NCBI GenBank assembly: GCA_028281065.1
Contig: JANQKN010000193.1
Coordinates: forward strand, 2,438 to 34,437
DNA: 32,000 nt
Reading direction: 5' to 3'
Source: Flavobacteriaceae bacterium
Lineage (GTDB): Bacteria; Bacteroidota; Bacteroidia; Flavobacteriales; Flavobacteriaceae
Below the pieces are notes generated by a model. That model worked only from the letters and a program-made list of their open reading frames with translations, ran no database searches and was not told the DNA's origin. The first letter of the stretch is position 1. Each line of letters opens with the position of its first letter. This document shows, one piece after another, positions 1 through 16,020 of the stretch. A program made the translations under genes and the position numbers.

Positions 1-204
1 ATTTCTTGGCCGGGACAAGCACTTTCGTATAAAATAGGAGAGCTTAAAATACGGGAGTTACGGAAAAAAGCCGAAAAGGAGTTAGGCCCTAAGTTCGACA
101 TACGGGAGTTTCACGAAGTGATCCTGGAGCAAGGCACTGTCACCCTATCCATTATGGAAAAAAGAATTAATGCATATATCGAAAAAGCAAAGAATGGGTC
201 GTAG
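1..204 (+). CDS. C-terminal fragment of a DUF885-family protein (5' end lies outside the window)
   Basis: Frame 1 is open from base 1 to TAG at 202-204. The translation ISWPGQALSYKIGELKIRELRKKAEKELGPKFDIREFHEVILEQGTVTLSIMEKRINAYIEKAKNGS resembles the conserved DUF885 C-terminus. This is from recall, not a search. Confidence 0.6.
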   Translation: MSWPGQALSYKIGELKIRELRKKAEKELGPKFDIREFHEVILEQGTVTLSIMEKRINAYIEKAKNGS

Positions 205-1204
205 CACATTTCACTGCATAGACGGACATACTTGTGGAAATCCAGTACGGGTGGTCACTACGGGACACCCTCCCTTACAGGGAGACTCCATGAGCGAAAA
301 AAGACAACATTTTTTAAAAGAATACGATTGGATCCGTAAAGGATTGATGTTCGAACCCCGCGGTCATGATATGATGAGCGGGAGTTTCTTTTTTGAGCCC
401 CAATATCCCGAAAATGACTTTGGAATCCTCTTCATAGAAACTTCAGGATGCTTACCCATGTGTGGCCACGGAACCATAGGCGCTATTACCATTGCCATAG
501 AGGAAGGATTGGTAAGCCCTAAAACCCCTGGGGAAGTCCGTATGGAAACCCCTGCAGGTTTGGTAGCCATTGAGTATGGCGAGCAAAATGGGAAGGTTTC
601 TTGGGTAAAACTGAAAAACGTAGCCTCCTATCTCGCAGCAGAAGGCCTCACGGTAGATTGTCCAGAGTTGGGGGAAATCACTTTCGATGTGGCCTATGGG
701 GGTAACTACTATGCCATTGTCGATCCCCAGAAAAACTTTAGTGGGATTCAGGACTTTACAGGCAGTAAATTGATACAGTACTCGCAGGTGGTCCGAAAGC
801 GGATCAACGAAAAATACCCTGATATGTTTATTCATCCCGAAAACGAAACCATTAGGGATGTAAGCCATATGCAATGGACGGGAACCCCCATTCACGCTAC
901 CTCTACGGCAAGGAATGCGGTGTTTTATGGTGATAAGGCGATCGATCGGTCCCCTTGCGGAACGGGAACTTCGGCACGTATGGCGCAATTGCATGCCAAA
1001 GGGAAATTACAAAAGGGGGAACCCTTTATCCATGAAAGTTTTATAGGCTCCACTTTTGAAGGTTGTATTGAAGAAGAAACTGAAATAGGAGGAAAAAAGG
1101 CGATCATTCCTTCCATTAAAGGATGGGCCAAAATATACGGGCATAATGTTATTACGATCGATCCTGAAGATGATCCGTATGCCTATGGATTTCAGGTTAT
1201 ATAA
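194..1204 (+). CDS. 4-hydroxyproline 2-epimerase (proline racemase superfamily, Cys/Cys catalytic pair)
   Basis: The ORF track gives 170..1204. I prefer the ATG at 194 (MGRSTFHCIDGHTCGNPVRVV). Both catalytic positions are Cys: SGCLPMCGHGTIG and DRSPCGTGTSA. Confidence 0.8.
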   Translation: MGRSTFHCIDGHTCGNPVRVVTTGHPPLQGDSMSEKRQHFLKEYDWIRKGLMFEPRGHDMMSGSFFFEPQYPENDFGILFIETSGCLPMCGHGTIGAITIAIEEGLVSPKTPGEVRMETPAGLVAIEYGEQNGKVSWVKLKNVASYLAAEGLTVDCPELGEITFDVAYGGNYYAIVDPQKNFSGIQDFTGSKLIQYSQVVRKRINEKYPDMFIHPENETIRDVSHMQWTGTPIHATSTARNAVFYGDKAIDRSPCGTGTSARMAQLHAKGKLQKGEPFIHESFIGSTFEGCIEEETEIGGKKAIIPSIKGWAKIYGHNVITIDPEDDPYAYGFQVI

Positions 1205-1300
1205 ATTTCGATTGTAATCCTTTATCTTTAAACAATTCAACAACTAAACAGTTCAACGTTTCAACAACAAAACGTATAAACACATCAACCTCTTAACCTA

Positions 1301-2545
1301 TTGAAAAAAGTAGTAGTCATTGGCGGCGGTATTATTGGACTCTGTTCTGCCTATTATTTACACAAGGAAGGTCATGAAGTTATCGTGGTCGATAAATCCA
1401 AAATGAATGGAGGGGCATCTTACGTAAATGCAGGTTATATTACCCCAAGTCATATCATTCCTTTGTCTGCCCCTGGGATGATCACCAAAGGATTAAAGTG
1501 GATGTTCAATGCCTCTAGTCCGTTTTATGTAAAACCCAGAATGGACTTGGATTTTTTGAAGTGGGGATGGGCTTTCAAGAAATCGGCTAAACGGGCTAAA
1601 GTTGATAAGGCCATTCCAGTAATTAAAGATTTCAATATACTGGGGCGGGATTTGTACGAAGCCATGAAGTCTGCAAATGAATTCGACTTCCATTACGAAC
1701 GCAACGGACTTTTAATGCTCTGCAAAACCGAAAAAGCCTTGGAAGAAGAATGGAAAGTAGGTCAGCGGGCGATTTCTGAAGGGCTCAATGTGGTTGCATT
1801 GAATAAAGAAGAGACCCAAAAATTTGAACCGGATGTAAACTTGGATGTTAAAGGATCTGTGTATTTCGATTGCGATGCCCACATGACCCCTACCGAGTTT
1901 ATGGAACAAATGAAAAGCTATCTGTCAAGTAGTGGAGTTGTTTTTCATTCCGAAGAAAAAGTAGAGGACCTTACAATTTCTGAAGGGAAAATTGCTGAAG
2001 TTATAACAGACAGGCGTACCCTAAAAACAGACGAAGTAGTATTGGCGGCAGGTTCCTGGAGCCCCAAGGTTGTAAAAAAACTGGGATTGAAAATTCCTAT
2101 TCAAGCTGGGAAAGGCTATCGGATTAATGTAAATCGTACTACAGGGATAAAGTTACCCGCCATTTTGGTAGAGGCCAAGGTAGCCGTAACCCCCATGAGT
2201 GGTTTTACCCGTTTTGCGGGAACTATGGAAATAGGGGGGATAAACCATGACATAAATCCAGTTAGGGTAAATGCCATTGCCAATGCAGCATCGGCTTATT
2301 ACAACGGGTTGAAGATTACTGAAGATGAGAAAGCAGCCGCTGCCTGTGGTTTGCGGCCCTGTACTCCTGACGGACTCCCTTTTATTGGACGTTCCTCAAA
2401 ATGCAGTAATTTAACGGTAGCAACAGGCCATGCTATGATGGGTTGGAGTTTGGGCCCTGCCACAGGTAAGGTAGTTTCCGAAATTATTTCGGATAAAAAA
2501 CTGTCCATATCTTTAGATCCCTTTCATCCCGATAGAACTTTTTAA
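1301..2545 (+). CDS. FAD-dependent oxidoreductase, D-amino-acid dehydrogenase/oxidase family (candidate cis-4-hydroxy-D-proline dehydrogenase)
   Basis: TTG start. N-terminal dinucleotide-binding motif VVVIGGGIIGLCSAYYL. 414 aa. It lies directly downstream of the epimerase, and the functional assignment rests on that context only. Confidence 0.75.
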   Translation: MKKVVVIGGGIIGLCSAYYLHKEGHEVIVVDKSKMNGGASYVNAGYITPSHIIPLSAPGMITKGLKWMFNASSPFYVKPRMDLDFLKWGWAFKKSAKRAKVDKAIPVIKDFNILGRDLYEAMKSANEFDFHYERNGLLMLCKTEKALEEEWKVGQRAISEGLNVVALNKEETQKFEPDVNLDVKGSVYFDCDAHMTPTEFMEQMKSYLSSSGVVFHSEEKVEDLTISEGKIAEVITDRRTLKTDEVVLAAGSWSPKVVKKLGLKIPIQAGKGYRINVNRTTGIKLPAILVEAKVAVTPMSGFTRFAGTMEIGGINHDINPVRVNAIANAASAYYNGLKITEDEKAAAACGLRPCTPDGLPFIGRSSKCSNLTVATGHAMMGWSLGPATGKVVSEIISDKKLSISLDPFHPDRTF

Positions 2546-2546
2546 T

Positions 2547-3839
2547 ATGCGTTATCAAAACATACCCAATTCTCTATTCACGAAGAACCGAGAAGCTTTT
2601 ATGGCCAAAATGGAGCCCAATACAATTGCGATCCTCACTTCCAACGATACAAAGCATACCAATGCTGACGATGTGATGGGTTTTGCCCAAAATAACGATC
2701 TGTTATACCTGTCGGGAATTGATCAGGGAAACACCACCTTGGTTTTGTATCCCGATGCGTACAAACCCGAAAATAGGGTGGTTCTTTTTTTGGAAGAAGC
2801 CAGCGAACACTCCAAACAATGGGACGGGGAAAAGTTCACCAAAGAACAAGCTCGGGAACTCTCAGGGATTAAAAGGGTAGAATGGCAAAAGGATTTTGAA
2901 AAGATCCTTCAACTAATGGCTTTCGAGGCCGATGGTCTCTACCTAGGGCATAACGAACATATAAAAAGGGTGACCAAGGATCAGCAGACCCAGCAGGATC
3001 GTATGATTGCTTGGTGCAAACAAAAATATCCTTTGCATGAATACCATCGGGCCGCAAAGATTACGCGTGAACTGCGTCCTGTTAAATCCGAGGAGGAGAT
3101 TGCCCTTATTCAAAAAGCAGTGGATATTAGTGTGGTTTCTTTTCAAAATGTACTTCAACGATGCAAACCCGGAATGAAGGAATACGAATTGGAAGCAGAG
3201 CTTGCCTATAATTTGGTAAAGTCCGGGGCAACCCGTCATTCCTTTAAACCCATCGTAGCTTCAGGGAAGAATGCCTGTGTGCTTCATTACAATGAAAACA
3301 GTTCCACTTGCAAGGATGGTGAAATGGTATTGATGGATTTTGGGATATGCTATGCCAATTATAATAGCGATACCACCCGTTGTTTTCCCGTAAATGGAAA
3401 ATTTACGGCAAGACAAAGAGAAGTCTATACTGCTGTATTGAATTGCTTAAAGGAGGGAAGCCAATTGTTGAAACCGGGGATGCTCCCCCGCGATTACGAA
3501 AAAGCAATGGCTCAATTGGTCGAGGAACAACTCATAACATTGGGGCTACTCACCCAAGAGGCCATTAAAGAGCAAGATCCAGACAAACCTTTGTACAAAA
3601 AATACTTCATGCACGGAACGGCGCATTATATAGGCCTGGATGTACACGATGTGGGATTGTACAGCCGTCCTATGGAAGCAGGGATGGTGTTTACCTGCGA
3701 ACCCGGAATTTATATACCAGAAGAAGGAATAGGATGCCGATTGGAAAATGATTACCTCATTACCACAAACGGAAACCTAAACCTATCAGAGGCCATGCCC
3801 ATTGAGATCGATGAGATTGAATCCCTAATGGCTCAGTAA
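2547..3839 (+). CDS. pepP: Xaa-Pro aminopeptidase (peptidase family M24B, AMP_N-type N-terminus)
   Basis: Pita-bread fold metal-ligand motifs are present: LMDFG, YNSDTTR, HGTAHYIGLDVHD, EPGIY, RLEND. There is an N-terminal FAQNNDLLYLSG motif. The start is 1 nt after the upstream stop. Confidence 0.8.
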   Translation: MRYQNIPNSLFTKNREAFMAKMEPNTIAILTSNDTKHTNADDVMGFAQNNDLLYLSGIDQGNTTLVLYPDAYKPENRVVLFLEEASEHSKQWDGEKFTKEQARELSGIKRVEWQKDFEKILQLMAFEADGLYLGHNEHIKRVTKDQQTQQDRMIAWCKQKYPLHEYHRAAKITRELRPVKSEEEIALIQKAVDISVVSFQNVLQRCKPGMKEYELEAELAYNLVKSGATRHSFKPIVASGKNACVLHYNENSSTCKDGEMVLMDFGICYANYNSDTTRCFPVNGKFTARQREVYTAVLNCLKEGSQLLKPGMLPRDYEKAMAQLVEEQLITLGLLTQEAIKEQDPDKPLYKKYFMHGTAHYIGLDVHDVGLYSRPMEAGMVFTCEPGIYIPEEGIGCRLENDYLITTNGNLNLSEAMPIEIDEIESLMAQ

Positions 3840-3847
3840 GAAGCTTA

Positions 3848-5167
3848 TTATTTTAACCAACTGTCAATAATGGCATAGATCCTCTTTTGATCTTCTGGTG
3901 AAAAGGTTTTGATACGTGTTGTATGATCACCTTTTTCTTTTACAAACTTGTACATTTCCCTTTTATCAGCATTTTTTTCGAGCTCTACAGCTGTGGCACT
4001 CCAGGCATCGTACTCTCCATAAATAAAGAGCATTTTTTTTGCTGAAGTATCCAAAAACGATTTAATCTCCTGCATGGGTTTTAGGTTGTAGGCCTTGGTG
4101 ATTCCATCGGGGAATGCCCATTCAAACTTATATACTTCATCTGTACCCATGTATTTTTTAAAAGGAGCTGTTTCGTATCCATAGATTCCCTGTTCGGTAA
4201 GGGCTGCCCAAAAGTAGGGTTGTAAATCTTCTACCGACTTTTCTTCGAAGAAACCATAACCTACCACATTGATCAATTGCTTGTAGATTTCTTCAGGAGT
4301 TGCATCGCGACCTGGGATGTTATCTACTTTTGCGCCCCATTGCCAAAAAGCAAAAGAATATTCCAGGATGCTATAATCCAGTGCTTTTTCTTCCCCAAAC
4401 TCCCAAGTCATGCCTTTTTCTTTAGCAGTATCTTTTAAGATTTGAAGTAGCGCATCCCTGTTTTCGAAACACAACTCCTGAAAGGCTTGTACTTTGGCCC
4501 TTTCTTCGGCGGTTCCTACATTTTTTAGGAAGGAATACACCCTTGGATCTTCCCGTTCATAATTTAAAGGTCCCACATAACAAACCGAAGCATCTACATT
4601 ATCGGGGAAATAACGACGGTGTGCCATAGTGGTCTGGCATCCTTTGGATATCCCCGTAGTAATAAACTTGGCATTGGGATAAATAGCATTTTTAATAGAC
4701 GATATAATAGCCGCCTGATCTTTGGCAGCATTGGCTACCGTTAACGTGTTCCAGTCAATTACATCAGGGCGGGAATTGTTGAAATAACGATGCTCTATGG
4801 TTAACTGATTGGCTTTGTAATGATTGGCCAATTCCCCAGCTTTTTCCGTATAAATTCCATATCCCTGTAGTTCTACAAAAACAGGGAGGGTATTTCCTTC
4901 GAACCCTAAATACACTTTCTGTAAAAAGGTTCCTTTCGCAGGATTGCTGTGATCTATGGGTTGTTCGAACCAAATTTCGTAGTTTTCATCAAAATGGCTA
5001 GTGGCTTTCCGTTTTTCCAACCGAACCACATTTTCGATAGAAGCTAGTTTTTCAAAAACAGACTGGGTTACTGACGAAGCTGGAGCCACAACAGTTTGGG
5101 TGGTAGTACAACTAACAATAAGGAGGCTTATCCAGAGATAGAGTGCGATTCTAAATTTTGTCATCAT
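3848..5167 (-). CDS. secreted serine peptidase lipoprotein, S28/S37-like alpha/beta hydrolase (prolyl-specific peptidase families)
   Basis: Lipoprotein signal LLIVSC. The motif WFEQPIDHSNPAKGTFLQKVYL resembles the S28/S37 N-terminal motif. GxSxG nucleophile elbow GISKG. The family assignment is from recall. Confidence 0.5.
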   Translation of the reverse strand: MMTKFRIALYLWISLLIVSCTTTQTVVAPASSVTQSVFEKLASIENVVRLEKRKATSHFDENYEIWFEQPIDHSNPAKGTFLQKVYLGFEGNTLPVFVELQGYGIYTEKAGELANHYKANQLTIEHRYFNNSRPDVIDWNTLTVANAAKDQAAIISSIKNAIYPNAKFITTGISKGCQTTMAHRRYFPDNVDASVCYVGPLNYEREDPRVYSFLKNVGTAEERAKVQAFQELCFENRDALLQILKDTAKEKGMTWEFGEEKALDYSILEYSFAFWQWGAKVDNIPGRDATPEEIYKQLINVVGYGFFEEKSVEDLQPYFWAALTEQGIYGYETAPFKKYMGTDEVYKFEWAFPDGITKAYNLKPMQEIKSFLDTSAKKMLFIYGEYDAWSATAVELEKNADKREMYKFVKEKGDHTTRIKTFSPEDQKRIYAIIDSWLK

Positions 5168-5193
5168 GCTGTGTTTTTAAGTGCGTTTAAAGT

Positions 5194-11787
<6,594 letters not shown>

Positions 11788-11788
<1 letters not shown>

Positions 11789-13806
11789 TAATTTTCGGTT
11801 AGTAACATGATGAGGTGCGCTGCGCTCCAACTAAAATTCTTGGCATTTAGACCTTCGCCCGTAAGCGGATGGTAATTTTCCCTAATGGGCTTTCCTTTTT
11901 CCAGTATCCCGGAAGCACCTTCCACAATTGCTGTGGTTGCGGAATCGGCTTCTTTGTTAAAACCGTAGTTCCTAAGTCCTTTTACACCAAAATAGGCTTG
12001 ATCCAACCAATTGGGGCCTCTCCAGTATCCTTTAAGTGGGTTGAACTTTTCATGGTCGGCACTCATGGTTTGAAAAGGAACTTTGGTGAAAAATTTATTA
12101 GGATCCATCATACGTTTCTTTACCGCTTTGGCTTGTTCCTGAGTGGCTGCCTGTGCCCACAATGCGGTCCATCCTTCACTTCCTTCTCCTTTTATGAATT
12201 CGTTTCCTTCCAGATTGGTGTCGTAAAACCAACCGTCTTCAGGATCGAAAAATTGGTTTTGTACTAAGGTTTTTAAATGGGTAGCTTCTTTTCGGTAGGT
12301 TTCAGCTTCTTCCGTTTTCCCCAATACTTCGGCCAAGCCTGCCAAATACAACTTTTCGGCATACAAATAGGCATTAAGATCTACACTTTCTTGGTTCATG
12401 GAATAGGCGTTGGGACCGTTCTGAAGCATTTCTGAACCATCAAACCGAATGGCATTGTCCATACCACTTTCCCACTTAGCTGCCACGAGGCTCCCATCGG
12501 TAGAACCGTATTCGCAAAGGCCATCGCCGTCGTGATCCCTTTCATTATACCACCAAGTGTGGTATTTCTTCAGTTTCGGGTACATTTTGGTAACAAAAGC
12601 CGTGTCTTGGTCTTTTTCAAATACTTTAGATACCGCCCAAACAGAAAGTGGGGGTTTGGTATCGCGGTAATTGTGCCTTTCTATTAGGGTATCCCTAAAA
12701 ACACAATCGGCCACAAAACCATTATCATCTTGAAAATCGAACATCAATTCAATCTGCTCTTTCGCAAGTCCATTGTTGTAGTAGGAAAGACCTACGGCGT
12801 GTTTCCAAGAATCCCAAGACCAAAACCCATTAAACCATTTATAGTGGTAACTGGGGAATAGTCCTTCGTGTTTGATTTCTCCAGCGGGAATACGCCAATT
12901 GTTTTGAAGGGTAAGATGTGCTTTTGCCAATGCTTCTTTGTATTGACCGGCATTAAAGCTTGGGTTTTGTTGCGAAAAAAGATGCGCTAATTGGGTATCT
13001 TTTTCCATCTTCCGGAGCTTTAAAATTGAATCGAAAGAAAAAGTCTCGATTAAACGCTTTTCTTCCTTCCAAGAATACTCAGGAAAAATAAACGAAATGG
13101 ATACTTTCACCTTTTTGGATTCCCAGGGTTTTATTTCTGTGATGGGTGTGTTAACGGAAAAGGAAGACTTTTCTGTAAAAGAGATGGTTGGATTGGATTC
13201 ATCGACCATTAGATATCCAATGGCTTCACTTTTTGAAGATACCATCTGAATGCATTCCCCTTCTTGTTTCACGTTAATACCTATGGAAAACAAATCGTTT
13301 TGGGTTGTACAACTCAATGGGATTTTCTGATCGGTCCTATTGGTAATTTTGGTTTCGATCAATGCTGTATGGCCCGAAAGGAATACCAGTTTTTGATGTA
13401 CGGAAAGAACATCGTTTTTGTATTCGGCCTCTAAATGACTGTTGTAGCTTTTTTGACGGATCCTGTCTTTTTTCCAATCGATCAAGGATTCACCATCGCT
13501 CCCCGTTAGCACAAAATTGGGCAGGGTCTTACTAAACCAAATACCGTTGTCCTGTGTCATTAAAAAAGGACCCGAGAACCCTCCTGAGGAAGACGTGCTG
13601 TCTTGAAGTCCAAAAGCAAACCAAGCCCCTTGGTCCGAAAACATAAGGCCGTCCTTGTCTAAAGAGTCTTTAGGAGAGATTCTATAATCGAGCTGATTTT
13701 TGCTCCAGACAAGGTTTTTGAAAGTAACAATATCCTGCTTGGGACTTTGTTGGTTACAGCTCCAAGCAAGGATTAAAACGATGCATAAATATCCCCAGTT
13801 TTTCAT
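11788..13806 (-). CDS. GH63-like (alpha/alpha)6-barrel glycosidase (YgjK/MGH1-like, probable alpha-glucosidase), lipoprotein
   Basis: Signal ILAWSC. Motifs FWSWDSWKH, WESGMDNAIRFD and GYWRGPNWLDQAYF resemble the GH63/clan GH-G catalytic domain. The family assignment is from recall. Confidence 0.65.
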
Positions 13807-13809
13807 AAG

Positions 13810-14880
13810 CTAGCGTAAAATAAAACCTTTTTTCATAGGATCATTTGGGTCTATAACAAAGGTATGGAAACCTGTAATGTGGGCAGTTCCTTCAACCTGA
13901 GGAATCACCGCCTGAAAAGGACCAAAATCTTCCTTGGCAACTATGGAACCTTTAAAAACAGAGTTGGTAATGCTCTCTATGGTCATGGTCTGCCCAAAGG
14001 CGATTTCGTTTCGTGCTTCGTGTATGGCCATTCGTCCCGAAACCCCCGATCCTGTGGGGCAACGGTCTACTTCGCCTTCAGCAAAAATGCACACATTCCT
14101 GCTATCGTTTCCAGAGGGCTGCTTGTGGTTGTCTATAAAAATGGTTCCATATAAAAAGCTTAAGTCTGCCTCGAAAGGGTGTTGGATATCATCCCTTTGC
14201 GAAACGGCTCTCTTTATGTCCATACCTACAGTAATGAGTTCGCGATAGGAAGCGGGACTAAGATCGAAGCCAAAGTTGTTTTTTGCCATGTCCACATAGG
14301 CATAGAAGGCACCCCCGTAGGCCAGGTCGTAGGTAATGGTCCCCAAGCCATCTATTTGGATGGTGCGATCGAGCCCAACCACAAAACTGGGGACACAATG
14401 AAACCGAACACCGGTTACCTTTCCGTTTTCAACATTTGCATACGAAGTGATCCTTCCGCAGGGAGCATCGATCTTAAGGATGTTATCCCCTTCCTTAACT
14501 GAAATCCACTCCATCTCTACAGCTAATGTGGAGATCGCAATAATGGCATGGCCACACATGGTAGAGTACCCTTCGTTATGCAAGAAAATGATGCCAAAAT
14601 CACCCTCTTCGTCGTTGGGCGGAACCAAAAGGCAACCGTACATATCGGCATGGCCACGTGGCTCGAACATCAGGGAAGTGCGTAAATGATCGTAATGCTC
14701 TTTACAGTAACTACGGCGTTCTAGGACAGAGTTCCCTTGTAGTTCGGGAAATCCTTCTAGGATAACACGCAAGGGTTCACCACCCGTGTGCATGTCTATG
14801 GTTTTAATGGCTTGCCAATCGTTCTTAACGGGTAAAGAGGTTTGCTTTAGGATATTTTGGTAGGTAGTGTTAGGCATCAA
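13810..14880 (-). CDS. trans-3-hydroxy-L-proline dehydratase (proline racemase superfamily, Cys/Thr type)
   Basis: The first catalytic position is Cys (STMCGHAIIA). The second is Thr (DRCPTGSGVSG), where the paralogue at 194..1204 has SPCGTG. Confidence 0.75.
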   Translation of the reverse strand: MMPNTTYQNILKQTSLPVKNDWQAIKTIDMHTGGEPLRVILEGFPELQGNSVLERRSYCKEHYDHLRTSLMFEPRGHADMYGCLLVPPNDEEGDFGIIFLHNEGYSTMCGHAIIAISTLAVEMEWISVKEGDNILKIDAPCGRITSYANVENGKVTGVRFHCVPSFVVGLDRTIQIDGLGTITYDLAYGGAFYAYVDMAKNNFGFDLSPASYRELITVGMDIKRAVSQRDDIQHPFEADLSFLYGTIFIDNHKQPSGNDSRNVCIFAEGEVDRCPTGSGVSGRMAIHEARNEIAFGQTMTIESITNSVFKGSIVAKEDFGPFQAVIPQVEGTAHITGFHTFVIDPNDPMKKGFILR

Positions 14881-15829
14881 TTTTTTGGTTGTAATAGTAA
14901 TTGGCGGCGGCTAGGTCTTCTATGGCATGCCCTACGGATTTAAAAACGGTGATTTCATCAGCATGTGTTCTCCCTGTTTTCTTTTGGGAACACAATTCGA
15001 AAAGGTCACTTTTAATGGCTTCGGGTTGCAGGGTGCCATTTGCTATGGGGATAACAATATCCCCACTTTCTTTCAGTCCGCCTTGATAGGTGTCTAAGTG
15101 AACTGAAGCTTTTTGTATGGTGAGGTCGTCTGCTTCCCGCATGTCTTTTTTATAGGCCCCCACCAAATCGATATGTTGTCCCGGAACAAGGTATTCGCCA
15201 AGCACCAGAGGGGTTTTAGATAGGGTTGCGCAGGAAACAATATCTACTTCCGAAATCTTTTCTGTTATGGTTTTAACGGGTGATACTTTAACCCCTATTT
15301 CTTTAAAACGGTTGCAAAGATCCACGGCTTTTTCATACGATCTCCCCCAAACATATATTTCTTTAAGGTTCCTCACACTGGCATGGGCAGGGATTAAATC
15401 CCAGGCAAGGGCTCCCGTGCCAATCATTAATAGGGAGGAAGCTTCTTTCCGGGAAAGGTAACTGGATGCCAATGCCGAAGCTGCTGCGGTTCGCTTGGTC
15501 GTTAGGCTTTTGGCATCCATGATGGCTTTTATGGCTCCTGTATGGGTGTCCAGATGGATATAGATGCCTTGAATGGCGGGTAAATCTAATTTTCCATTTT
15601 CAGGACTTACGGTTACAATCTTAACACCGGCACTTTCCCCAGGATTCCAAGCAGGCATGAGTAAGAGGGTAGATTCTTTGCCGGCCTTGGGATTGGGGAA
15701 GTCGTGATGATGTCTTAACGGCACCTGTATTTCCTGTTTGGAGAAACCGTTTTTCAGTTCTTGGATGAGGGTAGGAAAATGGGTGTGCTCTTCAATAAAA
15801 TCTTTGTCTATTTGAAGCAGGTTTTCCAT
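14870..15829 (-). CDS. ornithine cyclodeaminase/mu-crystallin family protein (candidate Delta1-pyrroline-2-carboxylate reductase)
   Basis: Rossmann motif MIGTGALAWDL. 319 aa. It overlaps the start of the dehydratase by 11 nt. Confidence 0.75.
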   Translation of the reverse strand: MENLLQIDKDFIEEHTHFPTLIQELKNGFSKQEIQVPLRHHHDFPNPKAGKESTLLLMPAWNPGESAGVKIVTVSPENGKLDLPAIQGIYIHLDTHTGAIKAIMDAKSLTTKRTAAASALASSYLSRKEASSLLMIGTGALAWDLIPAHASVRNLKEIYVWGRSYEKAVDLCNRFKEIGVKVSPVKTITEKISEVDIVSCATLSKTPLVLGEYLVPGQHIDLVGAYKKDMREADDLTIQKASVHLDTYQGGLKESGDIVIPIANGTLQPEAIKSDLFELCSQKKTGRTHADEITVFKSVGHAIEDLAAANYYYNQKIDA

Positions 15830-15959
15830 AACTCAAAAATAAGTAAATCCCCTTTTGTTGTATCGGATTGTCTGCTATTCGTTAATAAAGTACAATGAAT
15901 GGATAATTTTATACCATAGGAGGGCATTTAAGTACAACGGGCTCTTTTGAAGAAGGAAC

Positions 15960-15995
15960 AAAAAAATCGGGGTTTAAGCATGCTTAAACCCCGAT
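15960..15995 (-). terminator. rho-independent terminator downstream of the DUF4407 gene
   Basis: Near-perfect palindrome tcggggtttaagcatgcttaaaccccga. On the minus strand it is followed by a run of 7 T (A-run 15960-15966 on the plus strand). Confidence 0.7.
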
Positions 15996-16020
15996 GGCAT
16001 TATACATACCTAATTGGCTG

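Noticed and set aside
452-994. Long antisense or alternative-frame ORFs inside strong genes. Examples are 452..994(-), 10469..10873(+), 11869..12267(+), 16607..16981(+), 20625..21014(-) and 21992..22696(+, 234 aa).
   Set aside because: Each lies entirely within a gene on the other strand or frame that has clear family motifs. Their translations are low-complexity or Cys/Arg-rich with no recognisable motif. They are typical shadow ORFs.
3837-3850. An imperfect 14-nt palindrome (taagaagcttatta) that contains both convergent stop codons.
   Set aside because: It is too short and AT-rich to form a meaningful terminator. It is probably a by-product of two facing TAA stops around an AAGCTT core.
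11789-11830. The 14-codon N-terminal extension of the fusion ORF (MERSAPHHVTNRKL), which would overlap the GH63-like gene by 43 nt.
   Set aside because: The internal ATG at 11788 forms a TAATG junction with the upstream stop, matching the ATGA couplings elsewhere in the operon. The extension has no recognisable features. The longer form cannot be excluded without proteomic or ribosome-profiling data.
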